Below, piece after piece: positions 27,845 through 40,414 of a DNA stretch of 64,000 bases (positions are counted from its first letter, which is position 1; each line of letters begins with the position of its first letter). The notes beneath the pieces were generated by a model, which was given only the letters and a program-made list of their open reading frames with translations, was not told the DNA's origin and ran no database searches. Source of the stretch: Tubiluchus corallicola. Its lineage: Eukaryota > Animalia > Priapulida. The position numbers and the translations under genes were made by a program. Location of the stretch: contig JAQGDQ010000010.1 of NCBI GenBank assembly GCA_030141605.1, positions 496,001-560,000 on the forward strand. The letters run 5' to 3'.

Positions 27845-28220
27845 CTTATTATTTTATTATCATTTTATTTGATTTATTTTAAACTGATTTCATACCTTTA
27901 AAAGTACATAGCATTGTATAAAAACTAAAAAACACTCAGCTATACTATAAAATTGTGCTAGAAACTAATAAAATATTTACATATATACATACATACACAC
28001 CCAGACACAAAACATAAATACACAAGACAGATCACTAAAAAATACAGAGGCATAAAACCCAATAAAAGTCACCTTTAAAATGGTAAAATATGTTGATTTC
28101 ATAGTGCAGAACATAGTTTGTACCAGTTCGTCCATATAACTGCATAGTGATATGCAGAGTAAACATACAGTTTATCAATTATATTATTCGGTATTTCTGC
28201 CAGCCCATAAAGGATAATGA
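27845..28220 (-). mobile_element. Second, shorter 3' fragment of the same LINE family
   Basis: Aligns with 22965-23290 (aaaatatttacatatatacatacat, cacaagacagatca, tacagtttatcaattatat). Confidence 0.8.
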
Positions 28221-28222
28221 TA

Positions 28223-28327
28223 TGTGTGTGTGTGTGTGTGTGAGTGTGCGTGTGCGTGTGCGTGTGCGTGTGCGTGTGCGTGTGCGTGAGTGCGCGCGCG
28301 TGTGTGTGTGCGTGTGCGTGTGTGTGT
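28223..28327. repeat. Compound (TG)n/(TGCGTG)n microsatellite, alternating purine-pyrimidine
   Basis: Read directly. Confidence 0.95.
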
Positions 28328-29196
28328 ACTTTATATATATAAAGTATGGAAAATAGAAGGGTAGAGGGATTCTGTTTATTCTTATCGTCATGTAATGAAC
28401 TGCAGTTTATAACCGCTAAAATAAAAAAATTCTTCCCTGGAAAACATTGCAGAGCGCGACTTTATGTAGTTATTAAGCTTAAACCGCAAATTATGGTCTA
28501 TACACGCACAAAAGCATTTAAAAAGTAATTTCTTGTTTAATCCTCTCTAAATCCTATCTCTAGGCTTTCACGCAAGAACTGTTGAATTAACTGACGAAGG
28601 ACGTCAGCGTAACGCCACTAATGACACGATGTTTACGAGTATATCATCAAGTCTGGATCAATCTACAGATTGTATACATTCCTTAACATGAAAATCTGAA
28701 GACGGTTACAATCACAAATGTCAGACAATTTTGAAAAGTGTCGACCATGTTTCATATGTCGGCCTTTTGAGCACAACACGCTGCTGGACACCCATATAAT
28801 AAATTGATTCGTTAGGAAAGGGTTCTGATGAGTAGTTATCATCAATTTTAAAACAATGAAAATGTATTTAATCCCGTTTGGTATCAGTCAGGGCAACAAA
28901 ATTTGAATAGCCAACTTTTGAATCAACAGTCCGTGTGAAATGATTTATTGAGAAACATTTTCAAAAAATCGAACATGGTCTCTTAAACCCATTTATCTTT
29001 TTGATTTCATTCAATGTGTCTAGAGGTGTTATTATTCCAATTAAGAACCTGAATCAACAGTAGAACTCAATTAGTAAAATGACTATCAAGAATAAAACAT
29101 GTCGAGCTTGCTAAGACAAAATTTGTCGATGAATACTGTTAAAACAGCAGGCAGAATATGTTCATTTTTAGGTAATAATGTGATGGTATGTAGTGT

Positions 29197-29262
29197 TTAC
29201 TGACTGTGTTTCACGGGGCAGTCTATTTTTTACTGTCTGTGTTTCACGAGGTAGTCTATTTT
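29197..29262 (+). repeat. Local tandem duplication, 2 x 33 bp
   Basis: tttactgactgtgtttcacggggcagtctattt followed by tttactgtctgtgtttcacgaggtagtctattt. Confidence 0.9.
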
Positions 29263-30233
29263 TAATTTTATCACCTAAAATGACGATTGGCTTCAGTAAA
29301 ACCGCTTGGAAGTAAATAAACGAGTTTTTAGTATAAATTTTTATTTTCGTAAACTGGATTCTCAAATAATGTGCACATTATAGTATGTTATGTAGTGACC
29401 TTTATGAGAACAAAACGTTTTTAAGTAACAAGTACAGTTGCAAAGATTATAGTTACCACTGTATATAACTTCATCAAAGTTTGCATTATTTGATTTATAA
29501 ATTAATGTTATTAACATTTTAGATGAACATTGTAACCGCAGGTGACATTATAAATTATGTTTTCACAGTTGGGTGCAATTTAATTTCCTTAGTAGATTAC
29601 TGTTAGCGCATTAGTGGTTAATTGATAAATGTTACTGCACTGTTAATAAATTCAAGCAATAAAGATGGAATTCTGCAGGTGTTTCGCGTTCTTGTGGCAT
29701 AATAAGCCTATCTAGCGGAAAATGAAGTAACGAATCTAAAGATGTCAAACGTCTGAACAGAATGTGTCGTGACTCCTGAGAAAATTATACCCTACTGCTG
29801 TAGACTGTTGACAGCGGGCATTTGACCGCCATAATCATTTGACAGAGTTAGCTCAAAGTAGAATAAGGTGCCAAATTCATTTCCAGAAATGCAAGTTTAA
29901 TAAAGTTAAACCGACGTTAAAAATTTAGATTACATTGCGCTGCCGAAAAGTATCCCATCGCCATTGTTTTCATCATGTAGGGGCATGAATACCAATATAT
30001 AGACTGTAAGTTCGTAAGAGGTAGTTATTTTAAGGGTTGCCATAATTAAGGCTATCATATTGAACTGCTGGTGGTACCTCGACACTATGCCCATAGACAA
30101 CCCAAACTGCTTCCGTACCAAGAATCGGAAACCAGTTCGCGTCTAAACTTTTTCTGATATGATTCACAAAACAGCAGAAAATTGAGTATATTCGTAGTTT
30201 GAACTGACTGGACCAATAAAAAATACAACAGAC

Positions 30234-30738
<505 letters not shown>

Positions 30739-31042
30739 AAAATGCATTTATACTGTCCAGATGTAATTATAAACTTTGCTTCTGTAGTACACAACAGAAG
30801 CCTATATTAAGGGTGAAAGAGGCGTTCCCCACAACATGAAGATGATAAAACACTAAAGAAAAACATTGCAACTATTCACATAGTGCCCCACAGTCCCGTG
30901 CAGAAGCATTCACAGCTTTTTCTTAGATAGTTCGTATTTCAGATAGATAATTATAACTATATCACAGACAAGTTCTACATGATTAAAAATTAGCATGTCT
31001 TTTGACTACATTTTTAGTGTGATAAATCCCACTGCACAATGA

Positions 31043-31409
31043 AACTAGAATGGCACTTAATAAAACTTAATTTCCACTACAGCCACGTTACTACGTCACT
31101 AATAATATTGTTCTGACGTCATCTGATTTATGACGTGTGCCCTGTTTCTTTGCAACAACTGTTCTGCAGTGCTCTACTGTCACGTCAGTTAGATTTTTCC
31201 CATACAAACTAATAGTTAACCGATAATTTTTTCTCAGAATTCCTAATTTTCTTAATCGATCATTGCCACAATTGAATGCGATCTTCCTTGTCCTATGTGC
31301 CATCCCATATGTGATATTTTTGTGGAAATCGATAAAGTAGTTTTTGAGTAATCTTGGCAACAAACAAAATAACAAACCAACGGCAATGAACACATAACCT
31401 CCTTGGCGG
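31043..31409 (-). mobile_element. Helentron/HINE-like non-autonomous element
   Basis: Minus strand begins CCGCCAAGGAGGTTATG followed by GTTT-type repeats and AAAAACTACT, and ends GTGCCATTCTAGTT; related to 31900-32270. Confidence 0.5.
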
Positions 31410-31899
31410 CAACATAAAGTAAATATAATTTATTCATTTTACTTCAGATTCAGGTCCAAAATACAGTAAAATAAAATTTTTAGGCATACAATATTTATAA
31501 TGAAATAAATGAATAAACACTAAAGCTGCTCCATGAATGAACCATAATAATATTTTCTGAGCAACAACTTATTTTAATTTTTAAGATAATCAATTATTAA
31601 TGGAATGAAGCTACAATTACAAACTTTTGAAAGCCATTAAGCCAATTCAACTGAGTCTAAGAAAGTACGCAAAGTTCTTATAGTTTGAGACGTTGAAGTT
31701 ATAATTTAATGGACCGTGGTTCAAAATGGAAACTATTTCCTACTTTTTCACATTTCTTACTTTTCAGTTGAACTTGGGTATAAAAATACAATTATTCTGA
31801 GTTGATTATATATATCAACAACTTATTTTCCATGATTCAACATTGACTTTTGTTTGCTTAATAAAATGCGGAACCTCCTTTACTGAATCGTAATTACAT

Positions 31900-32270
31900 C
31901 CACTAAACAGGTTATTTGTTAGTTTGGTTTGTTAGTTAACAAAATTACCAAAAACTACTAAACCAATTTCCACAACAAATTTCGAAGGAGTGAGCACAGG
32001 ACGAAGAAAAACGCTCTCAATTTTGGGAATAAGAGACTAAGAATTGCGAAAGAAAAACAATTTTTATTGATCAACTGTACGCTGATAGGGGAAAATTCTA
32101 TGTGGCGTCACAATAGAGCACTTAGAAAGTTTTAAAAGAGCAAGATTGCACGTCATTAACAAGATGGTGTCAGAACAATTGGTGACCCATAATCTTAAGC
32201 AGTTGTGTAGTTTTCACAAGTGTAGGTCCACATCTATAAATAGGTCTGAGCTCTCCTGAGTCTCATCTAA
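31900..32270 (+). mobile_element. Second, more degraded copy of the Helentron/HINE-like element, inverted relative to the first
   Basis: aggttatttgttagtttggtttgttag...caaaaactact...atttccacaa and terminal aggtctgagctctcctgagt. Confidence 0.45.
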
Positions 32271-32491
32271 ACAGTCTGTATTAATTCAAGTAGTAAAATG
32301 TTAGCACAGCTTTCTAGCCACAAAATCCGGCAGGCAAAATGCAGCTATATAATAAAGCGTCAAAAAATTTTACTGTAGGCCTATACAGTAATGACTGATA
32401 AATCGGTCATTTAATTAAAAGAGACCTCCATACATCGATGAAATACCAGTCCCTTTAGATCCCATATCGTGGGTCAGTTTTAAAATCAGCC

Positions 32492-32492
<1 letters not shown>

Positions 32493-32530
<38 letters not shown>
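32493..32530. repeat. (TA)n microsatellite
   Basis: Read directly. Confidence 0.95.
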
Positions 32531-32532
<2 letters not shown>

Positions 32533-34514
32533 GAATTTGTGGATTTTAAATAAATTTGTTTATACAGTAATGAACTTATAGAAAGAAACTCGTGAGATGC
32601 ATGAAGTGAAGCGATGTAATAAGTAAATTTATTCGTTTTTGTACAGGTTATTGGATTTATTGGATGTGAAAAGCGTGCATGAAAACGTCATTCCATTTTA
32701 TCTCACTGTAATAAGAAAATTTTATTTTTTCCTCACCTTGCATTTTAAGAAGCGAAATTCTCTATGGGTTTTTTGAATATATACATTAGCTCGCTGAAAC
32801 GTGAGGTAAGCAGCGAAGGAAAGTGAGGTTTGCGATCTTCTGTCAAAAGCAGAGAGAGCTGCACTTATTTTTGTACATTCCCGTTATTGTAGTCGTACGG
32901 TAAACTGGTTCAAAGCACGGATATAATCATAACCTTTGTGTGAAAAGATTGCAAAAAATCAAAATTTTAGATAACGTTTTTATAGGGAAACACACAAACA
33001 AATGAATTATGGCAAAGATGCACATCGAATTTTACTCTTTGATTGCCGAAATTTCTAAAGGGTTCTACACACAATAGTTGTTTGTAAAGTAAATAAATTA
33101 AGGATGTAAAGAAAAGCTTGTCATCAAACAAAAAACGTGCATTAAAAACAGTAATAAAAAGTAGTTTATTAATGCTGATAAGAAAAAACAGTGATCCTAA
33201 GTTGAAACCTTATGGTATTCCACAATTTCTACCCTACGCATAGACTGCATATATACATGTGTATAAAAATTTAAACAAGTTATTCTGTGTATTTTTTCAA
33301 GTTCTGGGGACGAAAAACTGAAAGTCGTTAGGTCACTAAGACATTGATCTGCGTTTTGTGAATCTAGCAGAATCTACATTGACAATTCCGGACTGCTGTT
33401 TAACTAAATGTTGCAACACGTTTATTCACATAGGCAGCTGAACAAACGGAATACACATATCTAGGAAACGGGAGATATTAATCTCTCTTGGGACAACATC
33501 AGAATGAACTTAGACAAACGTATTGTCTGCAATACGTTCTTGCAAATTAGCAACTAATATTAAGTCCATGAAATTTTAATCGACTACAGCTTGTCAAATA
33601 TTGTCAATGTGCAGGTTAGCATTGAAGAGCGCGCAAATGATTTTTCATTACATTTTGGCGGTTTTTCGATTCCAACGAAACATTCAATCAATGGTAACTT
33701 TTTATGAAAAAAATAATTTTTAAAAACTGCTGATACCGTTCTTAATAATCATCTCATTCAAGCGAACTCATTTAAAACACAGACAAGTTATTATAGTTAC
33801 GTGTGTAAATCGCTGCTAGTTCAAATGTAGACGTCCTGTAGTTTGATTTAAAAGAATTTTCGTGCAGAAAGAAACTATAATTTGGTTTTTTCTGATTTAA
33901 CCACTCGGTGCGAAAGCCATCTCATTTGATGAGGATGTGTATTCGCTTTCAATCTGTAGTAATCAATAGTATTATCCTGTTTTGCCTGTTTAACTGACTG
34001 GACATTTCCCCAATGTTGTTGACACTTCGCAAATCTGCGTGGATTGGAAAGTGTCTACATTTTCTCAAACATGCATAGTTTACTAGAACGCTTACGATTA
34101 CTGAGTTTCGCAGTTGCAGTAATTGAATCCCTTCTCTAGTTTTCTGTACCCGAAGCCATTTAAACTGAATTGACGAAGTGGAGAGAGAGAGAGAGAGAGG
34201 GGGGAGAGAAGAGAGAGATACAAACTCACGTACAAACAAAACAAAGGAACAAACACAACAATAAAATAAAAAGAAACAAGCAAACCAGTCAAACATACAA
34301 GTAAGTATAAACAAATAATCAGACAGACACTAGAACGAGCAACTAAGGGTTAGTAAGCGAACAAAAGGTGACTTCTTTTGTAGAAGGTTTGAATGTTTGG
34401 TTTTGGTTTTATATTTTTTTATACAGTTATCTACAGTCGTAGATTCACCATGATATGGCGCTTGTTGTGGAATAAACACAAGATTATTTAATTTTTAAGT
34501 ATTTCGATCGAAGA

Positions 34515-34630
34515 GGGGGAAATGTAAAATAGCCTGCACTTGAACCAGAGATCGTGAGTTATAAAGCCAGCGTACTGACCAGTCTAGCAATTCACTAACC
34601 AAATCTAGTACTTCCGAGCGTTAGATTAAT
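34515..34630 (-). mobile_element. Degenerate tRNA-like module
   Basis: Minus strand: GCTAGACTGGTCAG...GGTTCAAGTGC followed by TTTTACATTTCC, the same 3' signature as the other copies. Confidence 0.4.
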
Positions 34631-34889
34631 TAAGTAGATTAGTTAATTAATTCATTAATTAGATCTTGAAGTAAGAAGTAATCGATAAGTAATTATTTTT
34701 TATAATGCTACTTTCATGATTATCAGTTAATAGTACACAGTACATTTTTATCATAACTAAAAGGCCTTGGACCTTGGTTTAACGGATCCATATTCAATGC
34801 AATGACCTGTGAGTGATAAAAAAAATCCACAATACTTACTGTTACATTTATTGCTTATTAAATTTTTATTTTGCTAAAGGTAAGGCAAT

Positions 34890-35000
34890 TGCAGAAACGT
34901 CGGGCCTGAACCTGGATTTGGTCTTATCATTAAGGCACTACCCTTGTAATGAAAGGGACCTTGGTCCAAATCGTGAGGTCTGCTTTTTTACATTTCCTTC
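34890..35000 (+). mobile_element. Degenerate tRNA-like module
   Basis: TAAGGCACTACCCTTGTAA...GGTCCAAATCG followed by TTTTTACATTTCC. Confidence 0.4.
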
Positions 35001-36108
35001 TTTTCAATCAAGGTTAGTTTGAAAAATTTAATAAGTATTAGAATCATTTAACGTTCTTTCATGACTGCAATGCTTCAAAGGAGAATCTTTAGTTATCATA
35101 ACGAAAAGAGAATAAAATTTAATGCAAAAGAAATGACAGTAAAAGTGCATCAAAAAACTATCAATGCACAAGAGAAATCTATGATGCTTCAATGATTTTG
35201 ATTGCGCTTTTTCTGAAGTATGCATTCATATTCATAAAAGCGGAGTCAGCCTAGTCAACTGCCATGAAAGCGCAAGACATTCTTTTATAAAATGAGATAA
35301 ATTTTATAGTAAATTAGCAAACATAAATTTGGCAGACTAATTATACTGAGGCATAAGACAGGCAAAGTAACGACCAGTAACAAAAGAGTGTCTGGAAAAT
35401 TCGTTGGAGACCACACCCTGTCACTAATTCCTTGCATTTCCTGTCTTGTCAAAACCTAAGCGGGGTAACTTGCTGTAAACGAACGCGGCGGAGCGATGCG
35501 TCTTTTAAATAAACTGTATTTTTTCTTTTCTTTAATAAATAGTAAGCAAACGATAATGTGAAAAATTTTGAGTCTGAAGTGAAGTGGTTGTATTGTCGTT
35601 CCAAATAATTCCAATGCAATCAGAAGTAAAAATCAGAAAAAACAATTTTTGCGGACTGCAGTATGCTCTCTAGAAGTTTGTCTATTTGTATTGTTGAGAT
35701 TACTCGAATCAAGCCAGGATTTCTCTTCATTCATCGTAATAAACGAAGAAGAAAAAATGAGACAATTTAATGACGGTCTTCATTGCAGGCAGTAAGCTAA
35801 AATTTGAATTAATCAGTCAAACATTCGTGAAAAGAGTATAATAATGAAGCTATTACCAAATCTTTAACACTACGTCTTGGATTATCAATATGTTTAACAA
35901 CATTCACATTAAATCCCAAGTTAGTCTGTTTACCACGAACGAGAATCTGCTAAGTGTGATGGAGCTCGTACATTGGAACAGATTTTCGCTGTTAAGTTCA
36001 AGAAAGAGTCTAGAGAGAACTATAGAAACCATATTTTTGTGGCATTTATGGCAAAATGGGTTTCGAGATATAGCGGCTTATCTCCAGAAAACAAGGAAGT
36101 TAAAGTAG

Positions 36109-36419
36109 TGTTACACGGGCGAAAATGTCATTTATTTTCGACCCCTCCTCCTGTGCTATGTGATTATTTCCGTACAAAGCCATTACATAGTAGCGTTGTA
36201 TACCAGGTATAACACCGCCGCAGGTATGAAATGGCCTCGTCGGTTTAGTTGGCTGACGAGCAAGTGCGAAATCTACCTCAACACTGTTCCGTAATGACAA
36301 CCAGTTTGGAGTACAATGGTTTAGACATCTGGCGAGTTACTTAAATTTATAACTTCACTTCGTTCTACACATTTGGGAAAAAATGATAAGCTTGTCAGCA
36401 CCACCCGGTCTATGCTACA
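36109..36419 (+). mobile_element. Solo-LTR-like element (311 bp)
   Basis: TG...CA termini (TGTTACAC...GCTACA), 4-bp flanks GTAG/GTAT, shares TCAGCACCACCCGGT and its 5' end with 36692-36997. Confidence 0.6.
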
Positions 36420-36566
36420 GTATTAAAGCAACTTGATGATTTGTCACTATAGTCATTAGTGGGCTGAACATGAAAAGAGATCAACAGTCCAGATAAACAG
36501 AGGTGCGACAGCAGTGCTCCCTGTTAAGTATTCGATTTGTCTCTGTAAATGATTCTAACTGCAATG

Positions 36567-37235
36567 TAAAATACATTTTGAGTTTTGAATCTGAAATAAA
36601 ACATATTTTAAGTTTTACTCAAACGTAAAATATATTTTGAGTTTGATTCCAAGATAAAATGTACTTTGAATTTGACACTGTGATAAAATATTGTAACAAC
36701 GGCGAAATGCATTTGTTTTCACCAACACCCCTGTACTGTAATGGTTCTGTCCATTACGAAGCCATTGCATACTGGTCTCTATAAATACGCTGGGATGTAA
36801 CGGTTCCGGTGGCTTAGTAAGTGCTTTTTACCATGTCAGCACCTGTTCCACTGGCATGGAGGTCACAAGAAGAGCAACTCGTAACTTATAATCGGATGAT
36901 TTTTGCTGCCCTGCGCGTTTTGTAAATTCACGCGTGCCATGAATGAACCATCGGGACTGATGGACCATGCTTATCAGCACCACCCGGTTTTGGTATAATA
37001 TATTTTGAGGTTTACGCCGAGTTTAACCGAGATAAAACACGTTTTTAGTTTAAATTTACTTCGATATGAGTTTGACTCTGAGATAAAACACATTTTAAGT
37101 TTAACTCTAAGCTACAACACGTTTTGTTGAGCTCACTCAAACATATTCGCATTCTGAGTTCGAATATAAAATAAAGCGCATTTTTTACTTTGAAGTCAAG
37201 AAAAAATTTTGATTTTAACTTTAAAATCAAACAAT
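36567..37235. repeat. Degenerate ~30-bp tandem repeat (AAAATACATTTTGAGTTTGACTCTGAGAT-like) interrupted by a solo LTR
   Basis: Repeated aaaa(t/c)a(c/t)attttgagttt units on both sides of 36692-36997. Confidence 0.75.
36692..36997 (+). mobile_element. Solo-LTR-like element (306 bp) with ATAT target-site duplication
   Basis: Starts TGTAACAAC, ends GGTATA (CA decayed to TA), ATAT on both sides; removing it restores an AAAATATATTTTGAG repeat unit; internal TATAAATA. Confidence 0.65.
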
Positions 37236-38359
37236 TTAAACGTGGTGTTTTAGACATCTGTGGTTATGAGAGCCACGTTAACATGTCAACACGCTGAAAC
37301 TGTTCTGTTAAGCTACTGTCAATTACAGGGAAGAAGCTTTTGTAAAGCGTACTTCCCCATCTTCGACTCATTTTAATAGCCAGCTTAGGACAGCTCTATT
37401 TAGGACAGCTTTATCTTCCTTATAGGCAATGTGCAAAATTTGGGAATTTTATAGAATTCCTAGGCATTTCATATAACACCTATGCATTTCGAGAAAGGTG
37501 TGAAACAAACCTTTTTACTGTAGCTCTTACACACTTTACCTAGCGATTTTCAGTGATACCTTGGAACTGTAAAGTGACTTTGGTAACATTTTTCAAAGTG
37601 TAAAATGAACATAATTTGCATTGAACCCACCTTTTCTTAGATATTTTATATGTTGCCCAGGTGTTGCGCACTTAGCAGCTTAGCAACTTGGTCAACATTA
37701 TACTGACTTTTCAAGTAAACTGGCTAGTTAATTCCTTTACTAGCGACAGATGCAGCACCGCCATCTTTGATAAACCACTTAAACAGGCATTTTCCATACC
37801 TAGAAAGCCAATACCGTCTGCATATACACTATCTAAAAACGAGTGATACACAAATTGTGGCAGCTTATAAGGCTCATGGGAAACTTATGAAACGAGTTTC
37901 CAAGAGCAATACGAAAGAGCATTTCGAACCTGAAAAGAGGAAGAAAGAAGAAGAAAACTGACAACAGAGTAAGATCAAGATTCGACAAGTTTTACTGCGG
38001 TCCTACATGTTTCTGAATATTTCATGCAGAAAATACTCTCCTGTGACACCAAACCTCACCACATAAATAAAAAAAGCCAATGTATAAATAAAAGAACTTA
38101 TTTACCACACAAACTTTCTAACACGGTGAAACGTGGCTTACTAAAACGTCACTATAATAAAATTGGAATTATACAAAACAGGAAAAGTATGTCCAAAACA
38201 GCTGACAATTTATATTAATTAAAACTTATTCAGCATTCTATAAAATGCTTAGAAAAAGCACATCCAAAATCTAAGAATTATACAGAATATCAATGAATAT
38301 CTAAGAATATCAATGATTTTTTGCTTACGGTGCACACAGTTTTAACATTTTGTCTGTAA

Positions 38360-38401
38360 CTTTCAGCTGATGAAGCCCGTTAGGGCGAAAGCTCCTGCAA
38401 G
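38360..38401 (+). ncRNA. Minimal type I hammerhead ribozyme motif (Penelope-type), core intact
   Basis: CTTTCAG-CTGATGA-A-GCCC-GTTA-GGGC-GAAA-GC-TC-CTGCAAG: intact CUGAUGA and GAAA cores, perfect 4-bp stem II, palindromic AGCT stem III, cleavage triplet ending at C38394, stem I 6/7 paired. Confidence 0.8.
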
Positions 38402-38674
38402 GAAAAAACAAACAGTCTGTTGTGAGACTGTACTATAATGAGAATGTGTGACCAATCATTTCTAGATAACATTGTTACATGTTAATTTGCAAGAAATTGT
38501 ACAGCTTATAGATTTTAGCAGAAATACTTGGCCCATTAATCCTTTCTACTATCGTTACATTGTTTTATTACTAATCGTGTAAATTACCTTGATTGATAAC
38601 ACTTTTTGTGAATTAGTTAGGTAAAGTGTATATACTTAATATACTACTTATATATTCGAAATAAAATGATGTTA

Positions 38675-38767
38675 ACAATAATAATAATAATAATAACAAC
38701 AACCACAACCACAACCACAACAACCACAACAACCACAACCACCACAACCACAACCACAACCACAACC

Positions 38768-38819
<52 letters not shown>

Positions 38820-38910
38820 ACACAACAACCACAACAACAACCACAACCACAACCACAACCACCACCACCACCACCACCACCACCACCACAACCACAACCA
38901 CAACAACAAC
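38675..38910. repeat. Compound (AAT)n-(AACCAC)n-(AAC)n-(CAC)n microsatellite
   Basis: Read directly; source of the poly-T/V/C/W ORFs. Confidence 0.97.
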
Positions 38911-38939
38911 GGTCATTCAACATTTTGACATTTAGTTAA

Positions 38940-39454
38940 AGAAAAACCGGACGATTGTGTAAACATTAGTTCAGAAAAAAGAATGCTCTAAATATTGAAA
39001 ACTACAATTGTTTTTTTAAATCAAAGTTCATGTTAAATAATAATTACCTCGGATACTCAAATTTTGTTAAACTTTCAAAGCTACGCGCGACTCAGTAAAT
39101 CTACTAGAATTGGTGCCTTTTTGTCATATGCGTGTGGCCGACAAATAGAAGGCGGTATCGTGATAACCATGATCATGAACTGCAGTGTTAGTTTCTGACG
39201 TACAGCCCATTTTCGTGACATCACGCGTTTAAGCAGTACTGTAACGCTTACGCAAACGTGCAAGGGAGACGTTTTGCACAAACTGTGGTTAGTTTCTGAC
39301 GTAAGCACTTGCTGTGATCGGTTGCCGTTAATTAACTTGCTTAGCTAATTATTCAAATATAAGAAACATTTGCTAACTTTTATAGGCAAGAAAATGTACA
39401 TTTTGGAAAGTAAATTAAAATGAGATTGAATCAAAACAATCGTCCGGTTTTCCT
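38940..39454. mobile_element. Kolobok-like MITE, family B (515 bp)
   Basis: 19-bp TIRs AGAAAAACCGGACGATTGT / ACAATCGTCCGGTTTTCCT (18/19 match), TTAA on both sides, AG...CT termini. Confidence 0.88.
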
Positions 39455-40326
39455 TTAAATTTATTGTTCTGCTAAACCTCATTAGTTCAAAAATTCATCG
39501 TAGTTTTCGCAGTTATGAATTGCTGAACTTATTGTGACTGTCAAATAAAGAAATAAAAAATAAATTAAATTAAATTACGTAACATGATATTTGACATATA
39601 AAATTCCTTCAGCAACACTGTATTGTACAAAACGGCATTGCGAGTTTGTAGTAAAATAACTCTTATCACTGAATTTCTGATTAGTCCTTGATAATAGAAC
39701 CTTGACGAATTTTCATTGAAAACCAGTCGGGCTTAGGTTCTACTAACTAAAGTTCGAATAGATAGTCTGTTTGGAAAGACTTGGAGGAATAGGTCATTTT
39801 AAAAGGACACTCTGGGACGAGCTCGATCGAAACACAACGCCTTTTTTATCCGTCACTTGACAACTGTCACCATTGCTATCATCTTTAGTTATAATCTCCA
39901 GCGATCTTTCACGATTATGAAGCCGGCTACTTTCTTTTGCCTCAGGCACTCGAGAACAGACCACCTGCCCAGCCAGGGCGCTTAATTAAAATCGGCATAT
40001 GATGGCTCCTCAGAGAAAACCAAAGGTTTTTCTCCCGCTAATTGTACGAGAAAACATGGTTTTCAACAAAGCTTGGGTAATTAATGTGCAAATCGGGTAA
40101 ACTTTCCTCTACATTTTCATTAACTTGTGGCTGTTAAAAATTCACTTCACGAAGCGCTGGATATAATCGCTGCCGTCTTGTAAAGGGCAATTAGATAGAT
40201 CCGTGGGGACTATAATACCGTGCAGACTTTTAATCATCTTGTAAGAGCCTCACACTGCTAAACATTTTATTATGATAGGACAAGATCACAAAAAAATGTG
40301 AAAAGATATATAAGCAGTCTCTCTAC

Positions 40327-40414
40327 GTAAGCTAGCTTCCTGTAAGCTAGCTGTCTATAAAATCTAACAACACCGTTATGTAAGCTAGCTCTTTAAAATC
40401 TAACAACACCGTTA
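40327..40414 (+). repeat. Short local tandem duplications
   Basis: gtaagctagct three times; taaaatctaacaacaccgttat twice. Confidence 0.85.

Noticed and set aside
29675-29710. Minus-strand hammerhead-like string CTTATTATGCC...CGCGAAAC
   Set aside because: Two changes in the CUGANGA core and no good stem II.
36109-36997. Two LTRs as one TRIM retrotransposon
   Set aside because: Each LTR has its own flanking duplication, they are clearly diverged, and no PBS or polypurine tract is evident between them.
36567-37235. CRISPR-like array
   Set aside because: Contiguous degenerate ~30-bp tandem units without unique spacers, no cas genes, eukaryotic context.
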